Shown piece by piece: positions 48,695 to 58,076 of a DNA stretch of 64,000 bases. The stretch is from contig JAYEIC010000020.1 in NCBI GenBank assembly GCA_034659935.1, positions 5,258-69,257 on the forward strand, given 5' to 3'. The notes below the pieces were generated by a model that saw only the letters and a list, made by a program, of their open reading frames with translations, did no database searches and had not been told where the DNA came from. Position 1 is the first letter of the stretch. The number at the start of each line of letters is the position of its first letter. The stretch is from Methanobacteriota archaeon (GTDB taxonomy: Archaea; Halobacteriota; Methanomicrobia; Methanomicrobiales; Methanomicrobiaceae). Position numbers and translations under genes: made by a program.

Positions 48695-48720
48695 ATTTCA
48701 CAGTCCCCTGTGTATTACGT

Positions 48721-49512
48721 TCATTTCCTCTCCTGCAGTCTGTTATAGCAGCCGAGATTTTTTAGATCTGCAATCTGACCCAGTTCATCAACCACATCTT
48801 TCCAGCCCTTTTCTGCATTAAAATCGATGAAAAAGACATAACTTCCCATCCCACGTTTTGAAGGGCGTGATTCAATCCTGGAAAGATTAATATCCCTTTT
48901 CCTGAACACAGAAAGAAGGTCATGCAGGAGCCCTGCACGATCTGAATGAGGATCAACAAGAATACTGCATTTCTCAGGTTTTTGGGGGACATTTAATCTG
49001 CCGGATATTACAACAAACCTGGTAACATTATCAGAACTATTCTGGACCTCACGCCTGATTACAGGGAGATCTCTGAGTCCTGCTGCCGCCAGCGACGTCA
49101 GTGCACCGGCATTCTCTATTTTCAGCGCAGAATCGACACTTGCCGCATTACTTGCAGTATGCACAACAGGGATACCAAGAGAGTCTGTAAAGTCACTGCA
49201 CTGTTCATGTGTCTGTGGATGGGCATATAACACTGAAATCTCATTCAGACCGACATCTGAAGCCAGGTAGTGGCAGACAGTCTCAGGCAGTTCACCTGTG
49301 ATATACACATTTGTTCGCCTGAAACCTTCCATAGTCTCACCCACACCCCCGGCTTCACTGTTTTCAACCGGAACAAGACCATCACCCTTCCCATCTTCCA
49401 CATACGAAAATACACTGCGGATTGTCGGCAGCAGAATAATATCATCACCAAAGAGTCTTTCTGCCACCGCGTGGCTTACTGTCCCCTCCGGTCCAAGACA
49501 TGCAACAGTCAT
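48721..49512 (-). CDS. pheA: Prephenate dehydratase (PDT plus ACT domains, no chorismate mutase domain)
   Basis: 263 aa. N-terminus VACLGPEGTVSH, TRFVVI, and ESRPSK in the ACT region. Confidence 0.88.
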   Translation of the reverse strand: MTVACLGPEGTVSHAVAERLFGDDIILLPTIRSVFSYVEDGKGDGLVPVENSEAGGVGETMEGFRRTNVYITGELPETVCHYLASDVGLNEISVLYAHPQTHEQCSDFTDSLGIPVVHTASNAASVDSALKIENAGALTSLAAAGLRDLPVIRREVQNSSDNVTRFVVISGRLNVPQKPEKCSILVDPHSDRAGLLHDLLSVFRKRDINLSRIESRPSKRGMGSYVFFIDFNAEKGWKDVVDELGQIADLKNLGCYNRLQERK

Positions 49513-50333
49513 TTCTTCACCAGCGCATCAATAATCAGATCTGTTTCAGACGCCGCCTGCGGTATGAATTCTCTAAACTTCTCCCGGCATTCGCTAAAGA
49601 ACTCTTCAAATTCACGAGCATCGCCACCCTCAACAACCGAGCGGAAACGCGAGACAGAATCCTCAAACTGCGCAAGCACACCGGGAACTGCCGGGTTCAT
49701 CTGAAGAATGTCGCCATACAGGTCAGGATTCTGACCCAGAATTCGCCCAATCAGGCCCATTTCAATCCTGTATACCGGACTTGTGAATGAAAGCAACGTA
49801 TCTAAGTCCATTTCCAGAGTCCGCATCGTTTCAGCAAGCGAAAGAGTGGCAAAATGAGTCAGTCCCTGAACCACAGCCATCATCAGATCATGCTTCTTTG
49901 GGGTGGTAACTGTTATTCTGGCATCTTCGTTTTTGAATATGGAATAGAATATGTGAGCGGTCTCTTCATCACAGCGTGCAGGAGTAGCGATAATCGTCTG
50001 CCCCTTTAAGGACAGAACTGTTGGTCCGAACATCGGGTGAAGACCAATCACCTGCGCACGGGCCTTTAGCATCGCTGAAACAGGCTCTGATTTTAAGGAA
50101 GTCAGGTCACAGATTATCTGTTTTTCAGTGAGCAGAGGTGCAATCTCATCGATTACATCCACAGTGCTGCGGACAGGAACAGATACAACCACAATATCAC
50201 TCTGAGTGGCAAGACTGCTGTTTGAAAGGGGTGTGTTACGCCCCGAGCATATCACCCTGTAACCCGCACGTTCAAATACACCCTTAAACAGGGAGCCCAT
50301 CGCGCCGTTTCCGCCAATTATCCCAACCAGCAT
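49509..50333 (-). CDS. tyrA: Prephenate dehydrogenase
   Basis: The track ORF extends to 50375. The likely start is MLVGIIGGNGAMGS at 50333, 4 nt after the upstream stop. Rossmann N-terminus and HPMFGP motif. Confidence 0.85.
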   Translation of the reverse strand: MLVGIIGGNGAMGSLFKGVFERAGYRVICSGRNTPLSNSSLATQSDIVVVSVPVRSTVDVIDEIAPLLTEKQIICDLTSLKSEPVSAMLKARAQVIGLHPMFGPTVLSLKGQTIIATPARCDEETAHIFYSIFKNEDARITVTTPKKHDLMMAVVQGLTHFATLSLAETMRTLEMDLDTLLSFTSPVYRIEMGLIGRILGQNPDLYGDILQMNPAVPGVLAQFEDSVSRFRSVVEGGDAREFEEFFSECREKFREFIPQAASETDLIIDALVKK

Positions 50334-50337
50334 CTGC

Positions 50338-51327
50338 TCACTTCTCAATAATGGTTTCCTCAACTGCAACACCAAAATGACGGCCTGCTTTTGTTACATA
50401 ACCCAGCACACGGTCACCTGCAGAGATATCTACAACAGAGACCGCAGCACCCGTTTCACCAATAAGACGTACAGTTTCCGCATTCTGAAGGACCAGACCT
50501 GATTTAAAACCGTCATCAGCCCGGGTTTCCACCACTAAAAGAGGTCTGCGCTCAATCTTTACACGCCCGACCATCGCCTCTTTTGTACCGCCATTACTGT
50601 CAGTTACCAGTACACGATCACCCGCTTTTAACTCTGAGAGGTAAGAAGTCCTGCCATCTGCCATCATAACATAGGCATGGACAGCACCCGCATTCACCCT
50701 GAATGGTCTGGGTGACACATAGGGGTTTTCAAGGGTCTCAGCATGCACAAGCATAAATGAAGAGGAGGTATTGCCAACTAAGAGACCCTCACCGTCTTTG
50801 AGAATTGTGCACATATCCACACATACCCGGTCACCCATGGCCCCGGACATTACTGCTGTCACCGTAAGCGGCACAAGATCCACTTCCCCTGCACTTCCTT
50901 TTATGAGATTTGAAACACGCCGGATCTCCTGCTGGTCACTGGTCTTAAGTAACACCCCTGCCACCCCGCACTCCAGCACATTAAGGGCGAGTTCAGCCTC
51001 AGCAAAATCATTTACAGCGGCAATTATCCGGTCAGACTGTGAGACCAGGTTTTCGAGTGGAATTACCGTCCAGTCAGAAGTTGTCACAACCACATATACA
51101 CCGGATCCATACGAAACCGCCTCCTCTTCATCCTCTTTCCCGGAGATTACTACCTCAAATACGTCTTTTCCGGGGATCAGATCACCATCAGGTGCCACAG
51201 TCGTAATACGACCGAGCACGCGTACCTTCTCTGCATCTTCCACCACGAGTGCATCAGCGCCGCTTTCAATGGCACCTGTCGCCAGATCCTTATCCCACTG
51301 CCTGAGATCAACCCAGAACTGCTTCAT
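50338..51327 (-). CDS. 3-dehydroquinate synthase II (archaeal type, MJ1249-like)
   Basis: 329 aa. The N-terminus KQFWVDLRQWDKDLATGAIESGADALVV resembles archaeal DHQ synthase II. Sits next to an ADH-synthase-type aldolase. Confidence 0.85.
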   Translation of the reverse strand: MKQFWVDLRQWDKDLATGAIESGADALVVEDAEKVRVLGRITTVAPDGDLIPGKDVFEVVISGKEDEEEAVSYGSGVYVVVTTSDWTVIPLENLVSQSDRIIAAVNDFAEAELALNVLECGVAGVLLKTSDQQEIRRVSNLIKGSAGEVDLVPLTVTAVMSGAMGDRVCVDMCTILKDGEGLLVGNTSSSFMLVHAETLENPYVSPRPFRVNAGAVHAYVMMADGRTSYLSELKAGDRVLVTDSNGGTKEAMVGRVKIERRPLLVVETRADDGFKSGLVLQNAETVRLIGETGAAVSVVDISAGDRVLGYVTKAGRHFGVAVEETIIEK

Positions 51328-52121
51328 TGTTCACCACCACGGCCTTCAACGGGCTTTTTCCTGTCATGCACAACATCACAGATGGCACTGATGAACTTTG
51401 AAGGCTGTTCGTTCTGAAAGGCATTCCTCCCGACACACACACCCGATGCACCGGCAGCAATCGCACCATCGATAGACAACAGCGTCTCCAGATCTCCTGC
51501 CTTCTCGCCGCCTGCAACCAGAACAGGTACAGAACAGGCTTTTGCAATTGCCTGAAATGTATCCGGGTCACCCGTGTAATTTGTTTTTATCAGATCAGCG
51601 CCGAGTTCCTCTGCAACTCTGACACAATGCCCGATTGAAACGGGACTTTTCGGATCAATCCCTTCTCCACGAGGGTATATCATAATCATAAGTGGAATTC
51701 CCCACTTATTACAATCTCTTGATATCCTGCCGGCTTCCTCAATCATCTTTGATTCCTCCGGAGCACCGAGGTTGATATGAATGGACACACCATCCGCACC
51801 AAGTGCAATCGCCTCTTCAACAGTACATACAAGCACTTTGTCATTCGGGTCAGGATTCATGCTTGTACTCCCTGAAAGGTGAACAATCAGGCCAATATCC
51901 CTGCCGTGCTTCCGGTGTCCGTGTTTTACCATACCTTTGTGAAGCACAATTGCATTCGCACCACCTTCACTTACTTCAGAGATTATCCAGGACATATCCA
52001 AAAGCCCGTCAATCTGTCCGAGTGTCATCCCGTGATCCATGGGAATTATTACAGCCCGGCCTGTGTTCCTGTCCATTATTCGTTCCAGACGTATATCTTT
52101 TCCAATCATAACTAAACTCAC
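51324..52121 (-). CDS. Class I aldolase family (DhnA/FbaB), probable 2-amino-3,7-dideoxy-D-threo-hept-6-ulosonate synthase (MJ0400-like)
   Basis: 265 aa. RLERIMDRNTGRAVIIPMDHG, IKTNYTG, GRNAFQ. Assignment of this copy rather than its tandem paralogue rests only on its adjacency to DHQ synthase II. Confidence 0.7.
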   Translation of the reverse strand: MSLVMIGKDIRLERIMDRNTGRAVIIPMDHGMTLGQIDGLLDMSWIISEVSEGGANAIVLHKGMVKHGHRKHGRDIGLIVHLSGSTSMNPDPNDKVLVCTVEEAIALGADGVSIHINLGAPEESKMIEEAGRISRDCNKWGIPLMIMIYPRGEGIDPKSPVSIGHCVRVAEELGADLIKTNYTGDPDTFQAIAKACSVPVLVAGGEKAGDLETLLSIDGAIAAGASGVCVGRNAFQNEQPSKFISAICDVVHDRKKPVEGRGGEQ

Positions 52122-52909
52122 ACCTTCAGTACTTCAATCGCTTCATCTGCAGTTCTGCCTTCATGCACAATCATTGCTGTTGCATATACGAATTTATCAG
52201 GTGTCACATGCTGGAACGCATTACGCCCGATAGAGACTCCTGCGGCACCCGCCTCCATTGCACCCTCTATCATCCTCAGTGTGGAGAGATCATCGCCTTT
52301 TGAACCGCCTGCAATAACAACAGGCACATGGCATCCTCTGGTCACCTCCCTGAATGAATCAGGATCACCGGTGTACACGGTTTTTACAATATCCGCACCG
52401 AGTTCTGACGCCACCCTTACAGCGTGACAGACAGCTTCAACAGAGCTTTCATCCTCAATTTTTCTTCCCCGCGGGTACATCATGGCAAGAAGCGGCATTC
52501 CCCATTCAATACACTCAACTGCCACCATTCCAAGATCTTCTAACATGCGCGCTTCATTGTCTGCACCGATATTGATGTGGACAGACACACCGTCAGCACC
52601 CATTTTTAAGGCATTTGTTACTGTGTTCACAATTACCTTGTCATTGGGATCAGGCCCCAGGCTGGTACTGGCAGAGAGATGAAGAATCAGACCAATGTCC
52701 ACCCCTCCCTTCCTGTAACCATGCAGGGCAAGACCCATATGCCCCAGGACTGCGTTTGCACCACCATCTGCCACAAGGTTCACACTCTGCTCAAGATCTC
52801 GCAGACCGGCAATAGGTCCGGTCGTAACCCCGTGGTCCATAGGAACAATTACAGTTGTTCCCGAATCACGGTTCATTATTCTTTCAAGACGTATATCCTT
52901 TCCTCTCAT
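52118..52909 (-). CDS. Class I aldolase family paralogue (candidate fructose-bisphosphate aldolase / 6-deoxy-5-ketofructose-1-phosphate synthase, MJ1585-like)
   Basis: 263 aa, about 55-60% identical by eye to the downstream paralogue (RLERIMNRDSGTTVIVPMDHG, VKTVYTG, GRNAFQ). First gene of the operon. Confidence 0.7.
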   Translation of the reverse strand: MRGKDIRLERIMNRDSGTTVIVPMDHGVTTGPIAGLRDLEQSVNLVADGGANAVLGHMGLALHGYRKGGVDIGLILHLSASTSLGPDPNDKVIVNTVTNALKMGADGVSVHINIGADNEARMLEDLGMVAVECIEWGMPLLAMMYPRGRKIEDESSVEAVCHAVRVASELGADIVKTVYTGDPDSFREVTRGCHVPVVIAGGSKGDDLSTLRMIEGAMEAGAAGVSIGRNAFQHVTPDKFVYATAMIVHEGRTADEAIEVLKV

Positions 52910-52964
52910 AATAACACAACACCCCTTCTCTGCCGGAATAACAAAGAAAATCGTGAGTTTTTAC

Positions 52965-53202
52965 TTAGTAATAAAACACGGAATGGCGTTTAAATGCTAA
53001 ATCCAAACCAATTACAATAGCTATACCAGCTATAATAACCAAAATAACTAAAATCGCCAAAATAACTATAAGAGCCGAAGTTGGCGTAAGCTCCTGTGCG
53101 AAGCTTCTTAAAACAGTTGTATTTCTCTTCTGATGTGCAGTCGTCTGTAACGCCGTTGCTAATGGGGATAAAAACATTCACTGGCAAAAAAACATTCACC
53201 AC
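52965..53202 (-). other. Two overlapping 70-codon ORFs just upstream of the aromatic operon (aromatic-rich frame vs TM-microprotein frame)
   Basis: Frame A is 52990..53202, with only a GTG start, and ends ANFGSYSYFGDFSYFGYYSWYSYCNWFGFSI*. Frame B is 52965..53177, with an ATG start, and reads ...TSALIVILAILVILVIIAGIAIVIGLDLAFKRHSVFYY*. At most one of them is likely to be real. Confidence 0.3.
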
Positions 53203-53230
53203 ACATTAAGTGTAATGTATCACACGCCAC

Positions 53231-53238
53231 GATATAAA
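53231..53238 (-). promoter_or_regulatory. TATA-like box for the small ORF / aromatic operon transcript
   Basis: The minus strand reads TTTATATC, ending 28 nt upstream of the GTG at 53202. It lies in the divergent spacer shared with nadX. Confidence 0.35.
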
Positions 53239-53372
53239 GATTCCGTAATCCTGGATCCGGATATGAGCTTCATAACTATAAATCCATAAAACCGGCGAAG
53301 AGATCAACTAAGGTTTCACAAGATTACAGAAAACACAATTATTAACCACTTATAACCACAAATTATTTACGA

Positions 53373-54131
53373 ATGATTAAAGTCGGTTTACTGGGTTGCG
53401 GAAATGTAGGTCAGGTCATAGTAAAAGAACATGTTGATGTTGAAATTGTTGCTCTCTATGACTCTGAGATCTCACTGGCAGAGAAACTTGCCGCCACAAC
53501 ATGTAGCCGTGCATACAAAAACTTTGATGAATTTGTCAGGCAGGATTTTGACATAGTGGTAGAAGCAGCATCAGTTGAAGCTGTAAAGATGTATGCCGAA
53601 GAGATCCTCAGACAGGAAAAGGACGTAGTCATCCTGAGCGTGGGTGCCCTTGCAGATGAGAGACTCAGGAAACGTCTGGAACAAAGTGCGCTTGAAGCAG
53701 GAAAAAAAGTCTACATTCCAAGCGGCGCAATCCTGGGTCTTGACAACTTAAAAATAGGGCAGATCTCCGGAATAAGTCATCTGATGCTCAGGACGACAAA
53801 AAATCCAAAATCATTAGGCATTGAGACCGATCATAAGATGATGATATTCAAAGGCCGCGCAAATGAATGCATAAAACGGTTTCCCAAAAATATCAATGTT
53901 GCAGTGGCGCTTGAACTGGCAACAGAACATGAAGCAGAGGTAGAACTCTGGGTAGACCCGGACATTGACAGAAATATGCATGAGGTCTTTGTTAAGGGCG
54001 AATTTGGGGATTTCTATATCAAAGTAAATAACAACCCATGCCCTGACAATCCTGCAACGAGCTACCTCGCAGCACTCTCAATTGTAACACTGCTCAAAAA
54101 CCTGAACAGACCAATTGTGGTGGGAACATAA
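53373..54131 (+). CDS. nadX: L-aspartate dehydrogenase
   Basis: 252 aa. N-terminus KVGLLGCGNVG. C-terminal PDNPATSYLAALS region typical of NadX. Followed by nadA and nadC. Confidence 0.85.
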   Translation: MIKVGLLGCGNVGQVIVKEHVDVEIVALYDSEISLAEKLAATTCSRAYKNFDEFVRQDFDIVVEAASVEAVKMYAEEILRQEKDVVILSVGALADERLRKRLEQSALEAGKKVYIPSGAILGLDNLKIGQISGISHLMLRTTKNPKSLGIETDHKMMIFKGRANECIKRFPKNINVAVALELATEHEAEVELWVDPDIDRNMHEVFVKGEFGDFYIKVNNNPCPDNPATSYLAALSIVTLLKNLNRPIVVGT

Positions 54132-55034
54132 ATGACAGAAACAATCCGGAAGAGAATTCACAGACTGAAAACTGAGAAGAACGCAATTATTCTTGCTCAT
54201 AATTACGAGCTGCCTGAAATACAGGATATTGCCGATGTAGTTGGAGACAGCCTTGAACTGGCTATAAAGGCTAAAGAAGCTACAGAAGAGATCATTGTTT
54301 TCTGCGGCGTTGAGTTCATGGCAGAAACCGCAAAGATACTGAATCCTGAAAAAAAGGTCATTCTACCAGTAAAAGGAGCAGGTTGTCCTCTTGCCGACCA
54401 GCTGACACCTGAAATGCTTCTTGAGGCAAAACAGGAGTACCCGGGTGCTGAGGTAGTAGTCTACGTTAATTCTACCGCAGAGTGCAAGGCAGTTGCCGAT
54501 CTGGTCTGCACCTCAGCCAATGCTGCAAATGCTGTCCGTTCCTGCAGATCAAAGACAGTAATCTTTGGGCCGGACTCCAACCTTGCAGATTACGTTCAGG
54601 GAGAAGTCCCGGAAAAAATTATTATCCCTGTGCCAAAAACAGGACACTGTTATGTACACGCAGTGTTTACAGAGGATGATGTCAGAGAGGCAAAGAAGAA
54701 CGGCACAATTACTATCTGCCACCCGGAATGCCCAAAGAATATCAGAGATCATGCTGATATTATCGCATCCACCGGCGGGATGGTACGTGAAGCAGTAAAG
54801 GGGGATCGCTGGACGATTTTTACTGAAAAGGAGATGGCATATCGTTTAAAAAGCTTATACTCGGATAAAGAATTCTCAGTAAACGAAAATGCCATCTGCA
54901 GGGACATGAAACTAACGACCCTCAAAAAACTTGAAGAAGCACTTATTTCAGGCGAATATAACGTTACACTCCCTGATGATATCATTCAGAAAGCCCGTGG
55001 AGCAATTAAGCGGATGATTTCAATCAGAGGATAG
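54132..55034 (+). CDS. nadA: Quinolinate synthase
   Basis: 300 aa. ILAHNYELPEIQDIAD and CPLA / HPECP Cys motifs. Confidence 0.92.
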   Translation: MTETIRKRIHRLKTEKNAIILAHNYELPEIQDIADVVGDSLELAIKAKEATEEIIVFCGVEFMAETAKILNPEKKVILPVKGAGCPLADQLTPEMLLEAKQEYPGAEVVVYVNSTAECKAVADLVCTSANAANAVRSCRSKTVIFGPDSNLADYVQGEVPEKIIIPVPKTGHCYVHAVFTEDDVREAKKNGTITICHPECPKNIRDHADIIASTGGMVREAVKGDRWTIFTEKEMAYRLKSLYSDKEFSVNENAICRDMKLTTLKKLEEALISGEYNVTLPDDIIQKARGAIKRMISIRG

Positions 55035-55156
55035 GGAATAAGAGAAATACGATGATCCGGATTTCTGTGCTAATCAGAACAGGGGAACAATAATTGAGAT
55101 AAATAATTAAGATTACCGGATTACTATACAAATCAGAAGGGGAGACCGGTGATAAA

Positions 55157-56008
55157 ATGATTAAGATTTCTGAACTAATCAGCTTTATAGAGGAAGACGC
55201 ACCCTCCGGGGACATCACGTCACTTGCAGTTATCCCGGACAAAGATTGCAGGGCATACATCCGGGCAAAATCAAGTGGTATTATTGCAGGTCTTGAGGAA
55301 TCAGCCGCCCTGTTTGGGCACTATAATGTTAGTGTAAAAAAACTGGCAGGCAATGGGACATTTGTCCGGGACGGGGACCAACTCCTTGAACTGGACGGCA
55401 GTATTCACTCCATTCTTCTTGTTGAACGAACAGCCCTCAACATTATCGGCCGTATGAGTGGTATTGCTACAGATACGTGGAGAATTACATCCGAAATTAA
55501 GAACCTAAACCCCGGTGTAAAACTGGCTGCGACAAGAAAGACTGTACCGGGACTCCGCAATCTCGATAAAAAAGCAGTAATCCTTGGCGGAGGCGAACCG
55601 CACAGAAATACCCTCTCTGACCAGTTCTTAATCAAGGACAACCATCTTGCAGTTACCTCCATTGCAGAAGCGATTGCAAAAGCAAGAGCATTTTCAGTAT
55701 ACAAAAAGATCGAGATAGAAGTCGAGAGCCCGGAAGATGCAGTGATTGCCGCAGAAAACGGGGCAGACATAATTATGCTCGACAATATGACACCTGAGGA
55801 GGTGTTAAAGACCATAGATGCACTGAAAAGCAGTGGACTACGGGATACAGTAATCCTTGAGGTCTCCGGCGGGATAAATGAGGATACAATCGGTGAATAT
55901 GCAGTTTTGGATATTAATATCATCAGTATTGGGGCACTTACACACACTGTAACCAATTTTGACGTAAACCTTGAGATCAATCACAGTTTAAAGACAGTTA
56001 TCTTATAA
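55157..56008 (+). CDS. nadC: Nicotinate-nucleotide pyrophosphorylase (carboxylating)
   Basis: 283 aa. ERTALNIIGRMSGIAT, ATRKTVPGLR, IMLDNM motifs. Confidence 0.9.
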   Translation: MIKISELISFIEEDAPSGDITSLAVIPDKDCRAYIRAKSSGIIAGLEESAALFGHYNVSVKKLAGNGTFVRDGDQLLELDGSIHSILLVERTALNIIGRMSGIATDTWRITSEIKNLNPGVKLAATRKTVPGLRNLDKKAVILGGGEPHRNTLSDQFLIKDNHLAVTSIAEAIAKARAFSVYKKIEIEVESPEDAVIAAENGADIIMLDNMTPEEVLKTIDALKSSGLRDTVILEVSGGINEDTIGEYAVLDINIISIGALTHTVTNFDVNLEINHSLKTVIL

Positions 56009-56218
56009 TAATATCTCATAATATCAGAATATCACATTTTTTGGATCCAAAAACTGCCGCCAGAGTTGTAACTCTGACAAAAAACATTTTGAATACAGCA
56101 GACATATGCACTGTTATAGTGGAGAATGTTTTTTTTTGAATTAAACGTCTGACACTATAAAAAGAAAACCACACATTCACAGAAATTTGGTTTCCAACTA
56201 TAAGCAGGGGTACTTAAA

Positions 56219-56761
56219 GTGAATTCTGCAGGTGAATATTACGAACCCAGTATAAGGGCAATTGCAAAAGCCCGTGATGTTGAAACGTTGGCATATCTCC
56301 TTCTGGAATCCGGTTTTTTAAATGTCAGATGGAGATGTGCGGAGGCACTTGGACAGATAGGGGATCGCCGTGCAGTAAAACCGCTGATTCGGGCACTTGA
56401 CGATGAATATGTTGACGTCCAGTGGCTCGCGGCCCGCTCTCTCGGACAACTAAGAGACCCGGAGGCAGTTGAACCTCTCATAAAGTGCCTGAAACATGAG
56501 AGTAAATGGGTGAGACTTGCAGCAGCAGAAGGACTTGGAAATATCGGTGAAATACGTGCAGTGCCACACCTGATTAAAGCTCTTGGTGACAAAAAACCAA
56601 AAGTCAGAAAGAACGCAGCACTCTCCTTAGGGAAACTAAAAGATCCTGCAGCAACTGAACCACTTAATGCACTTCTTAAAGACCCGGATGAGAAAGTCAG
56701 AGATACTGTCCGGGCTGCATTAAAGAGGTTAAATGAAGCAGATAAAAAAAACAAAACCTGA
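56219..56761 (+). CDS. HEAT-repeat (PBS-lyase-like) protein
   Basis: 180 aa with a GTG start. Four to five repeats of the type VRxxAAxALGxIGDxRAVxPLIxAL. Confidence 0.7.
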   Translation: MNSAGEYYEPSIRAIAKARDVETLAYLLLESGFLNVRWRCAEALGQIGDRRAVKPLIRALDDEYVDVQWLAARSLGQLRDPEAVEPLIKCLKHESKWVRLAAAEGLGNIGEIRAVPHLIKALGDKKPKVRKNAALSLGKLKDPAATEPLNALLKDPDEKVRDTVRAALKRLNEADKKNKT

Positions 56762-57025
56762 GTGAAATTTACCTGAACAGGAGAGTTCAGAAGGATCATA
56801 CATCTGAGACAGACACGTGAACTATCCCGCCTCAAAATGACGAAGACAACTCGTTCTGCCCATATTCACCCCCACGGGTTAAAGAATCCCGCATCAAATT
56901 TTAAAACCAGAAACAACCACGTCAACGGGAGTATAAAAATCTAAAACTCTCTCAATTCTAAAATCTCTCTACTGCAAATACAGGCTGTGCTGAAAGATAC
57001 AATTGGAATTCAAATTCAGTTCAAT

Positions 57026-57033
57026 AAAAAAAA
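57026..57033 (-). terminator. Oligo-T tract after mtrH
   Basis: T8 on the minus strand, 5 nt downstream of the mtrH stop. Confidence 0.5.
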
Positions 57034-57038
57034 GATAT

Positions 57039-58061
57039 TTAGCAGAGTTTGAACAGTGGATGATCCTCAGTCTGCGGCTGAAGACCCAGTTCATGTCCTG
57101 CCTCTGCAAGCACAACATCAGCAAATGAGATTGCTGTCATTGCACTTTCACAGTTCTCGATCGGTCCGTACATGATAAGGTCTGCTCCAAGAGTTGCTGC
57201 CATAAGATTACAGCCAATATCAGGTGCTGTCCATGCTGCCTGACGGATACCCTCAAATCCACCAAAGTGGTGTTTGGACATCTGTTCAAGCAGGAGATCT
57301 TTACCTTCATACTGCTCTGCAAGGACCCTCTTTCTCCAGCGCTTGAGCCATGTCCATGACACAGTCATGTTGTGGTATGCGCCACCGGTTGGAAGACCGT
57401 GAATTGCCTTACATGCAAGAATCTCACGGTATGAACCACCGGAACCAAGACCAAGCGGAGTTGCTGCAGTATCGAGAATCGGGCGGGTAATTCCACACTC
57501 TTCTGCGATAGTAATCATACCCTTTTCCTGACCGGCAACACCACCCTCAGCAAGTACCTTCTCACGACCGCTAACTGAAGGGTCACCAGGGTTAAATGCA
57601 AGCACAATAGCTGAATTAACGTCACTGGCTTTAAGTGCGTCAATGTTCTCCTGCTGGATTGAACCGTTAATTGAGTTGTAGATTGCACGGTCTGCAAGAC
57701 CTACTTCAGTTACATACTCACAGGCGTGGACCAGTGCAGCCGGTTCTGAAGAGTCCATTAAAAATGCAGTCTTATCGTCAATGCTGTCAAACCATGAGAA
57801 GTACTTCTCAAACGCTTCTCCGGATTCAGAGATGATCTGGATAAAGTGCTTTATACCAGTCTGGTCTGAAAGTTCCTGACAACGGTTCCAGAGGACCTCT
57901 GCGAGATCCTTATCAATTATGCCTTTCTCATCATCAATAACAGTCTCGTGCTTGTTATAAAAGATGGAGGCTCCGAGAACCCGTGGGTATTCCCCGGGCT
58001 GCCCGCCAATTTTTGTACCGTTAAAATCAAAAACGGCCTGCTCTTTTTCAAATCTGAACAT
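57039..58061 (-). CDS. mtrH: Tetrahydromethanopterin S-methyltransferase subunit H
   Basis: 340 aa. N-terminus MFRFEKEQAVFDFNGTKIGGQPGEYP is typical of MtrH. Last gene of the mtr operon. Confidence 0.95.
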   Translation of the reverse strand: MFRFEKEQAVFDFNGTKIGGQPGEYPRVLGASIFYNKHETVIDDEKGIIDKDLAEVLWNRCQELSDQTGIKHFIQIISESGEAFEKYFSWFDSIDDKTAFLMDSSEPAALVHACEYVTEVGLADRAIYNSINGSIQQENIDALKASDVNSAIVLAFNPGDPSVSGREKVLAEGGVAGQEKGMITIAEECGITRPILDTAATPLGLGSGGSYREILACKAIHGLPTGGAYHNMTVSWTWLKRWRKRVLAEQYEGKDLLLEQMSKHHFGGFEGIRQAAWTAPDIGCNLMAATLGADLIMYGPIENCESAMTAISFADVVLAEAGHELGLQPQTEDHPLFKLC

Positions 58062-58076
58062 GTTTGAAATTCCTCC

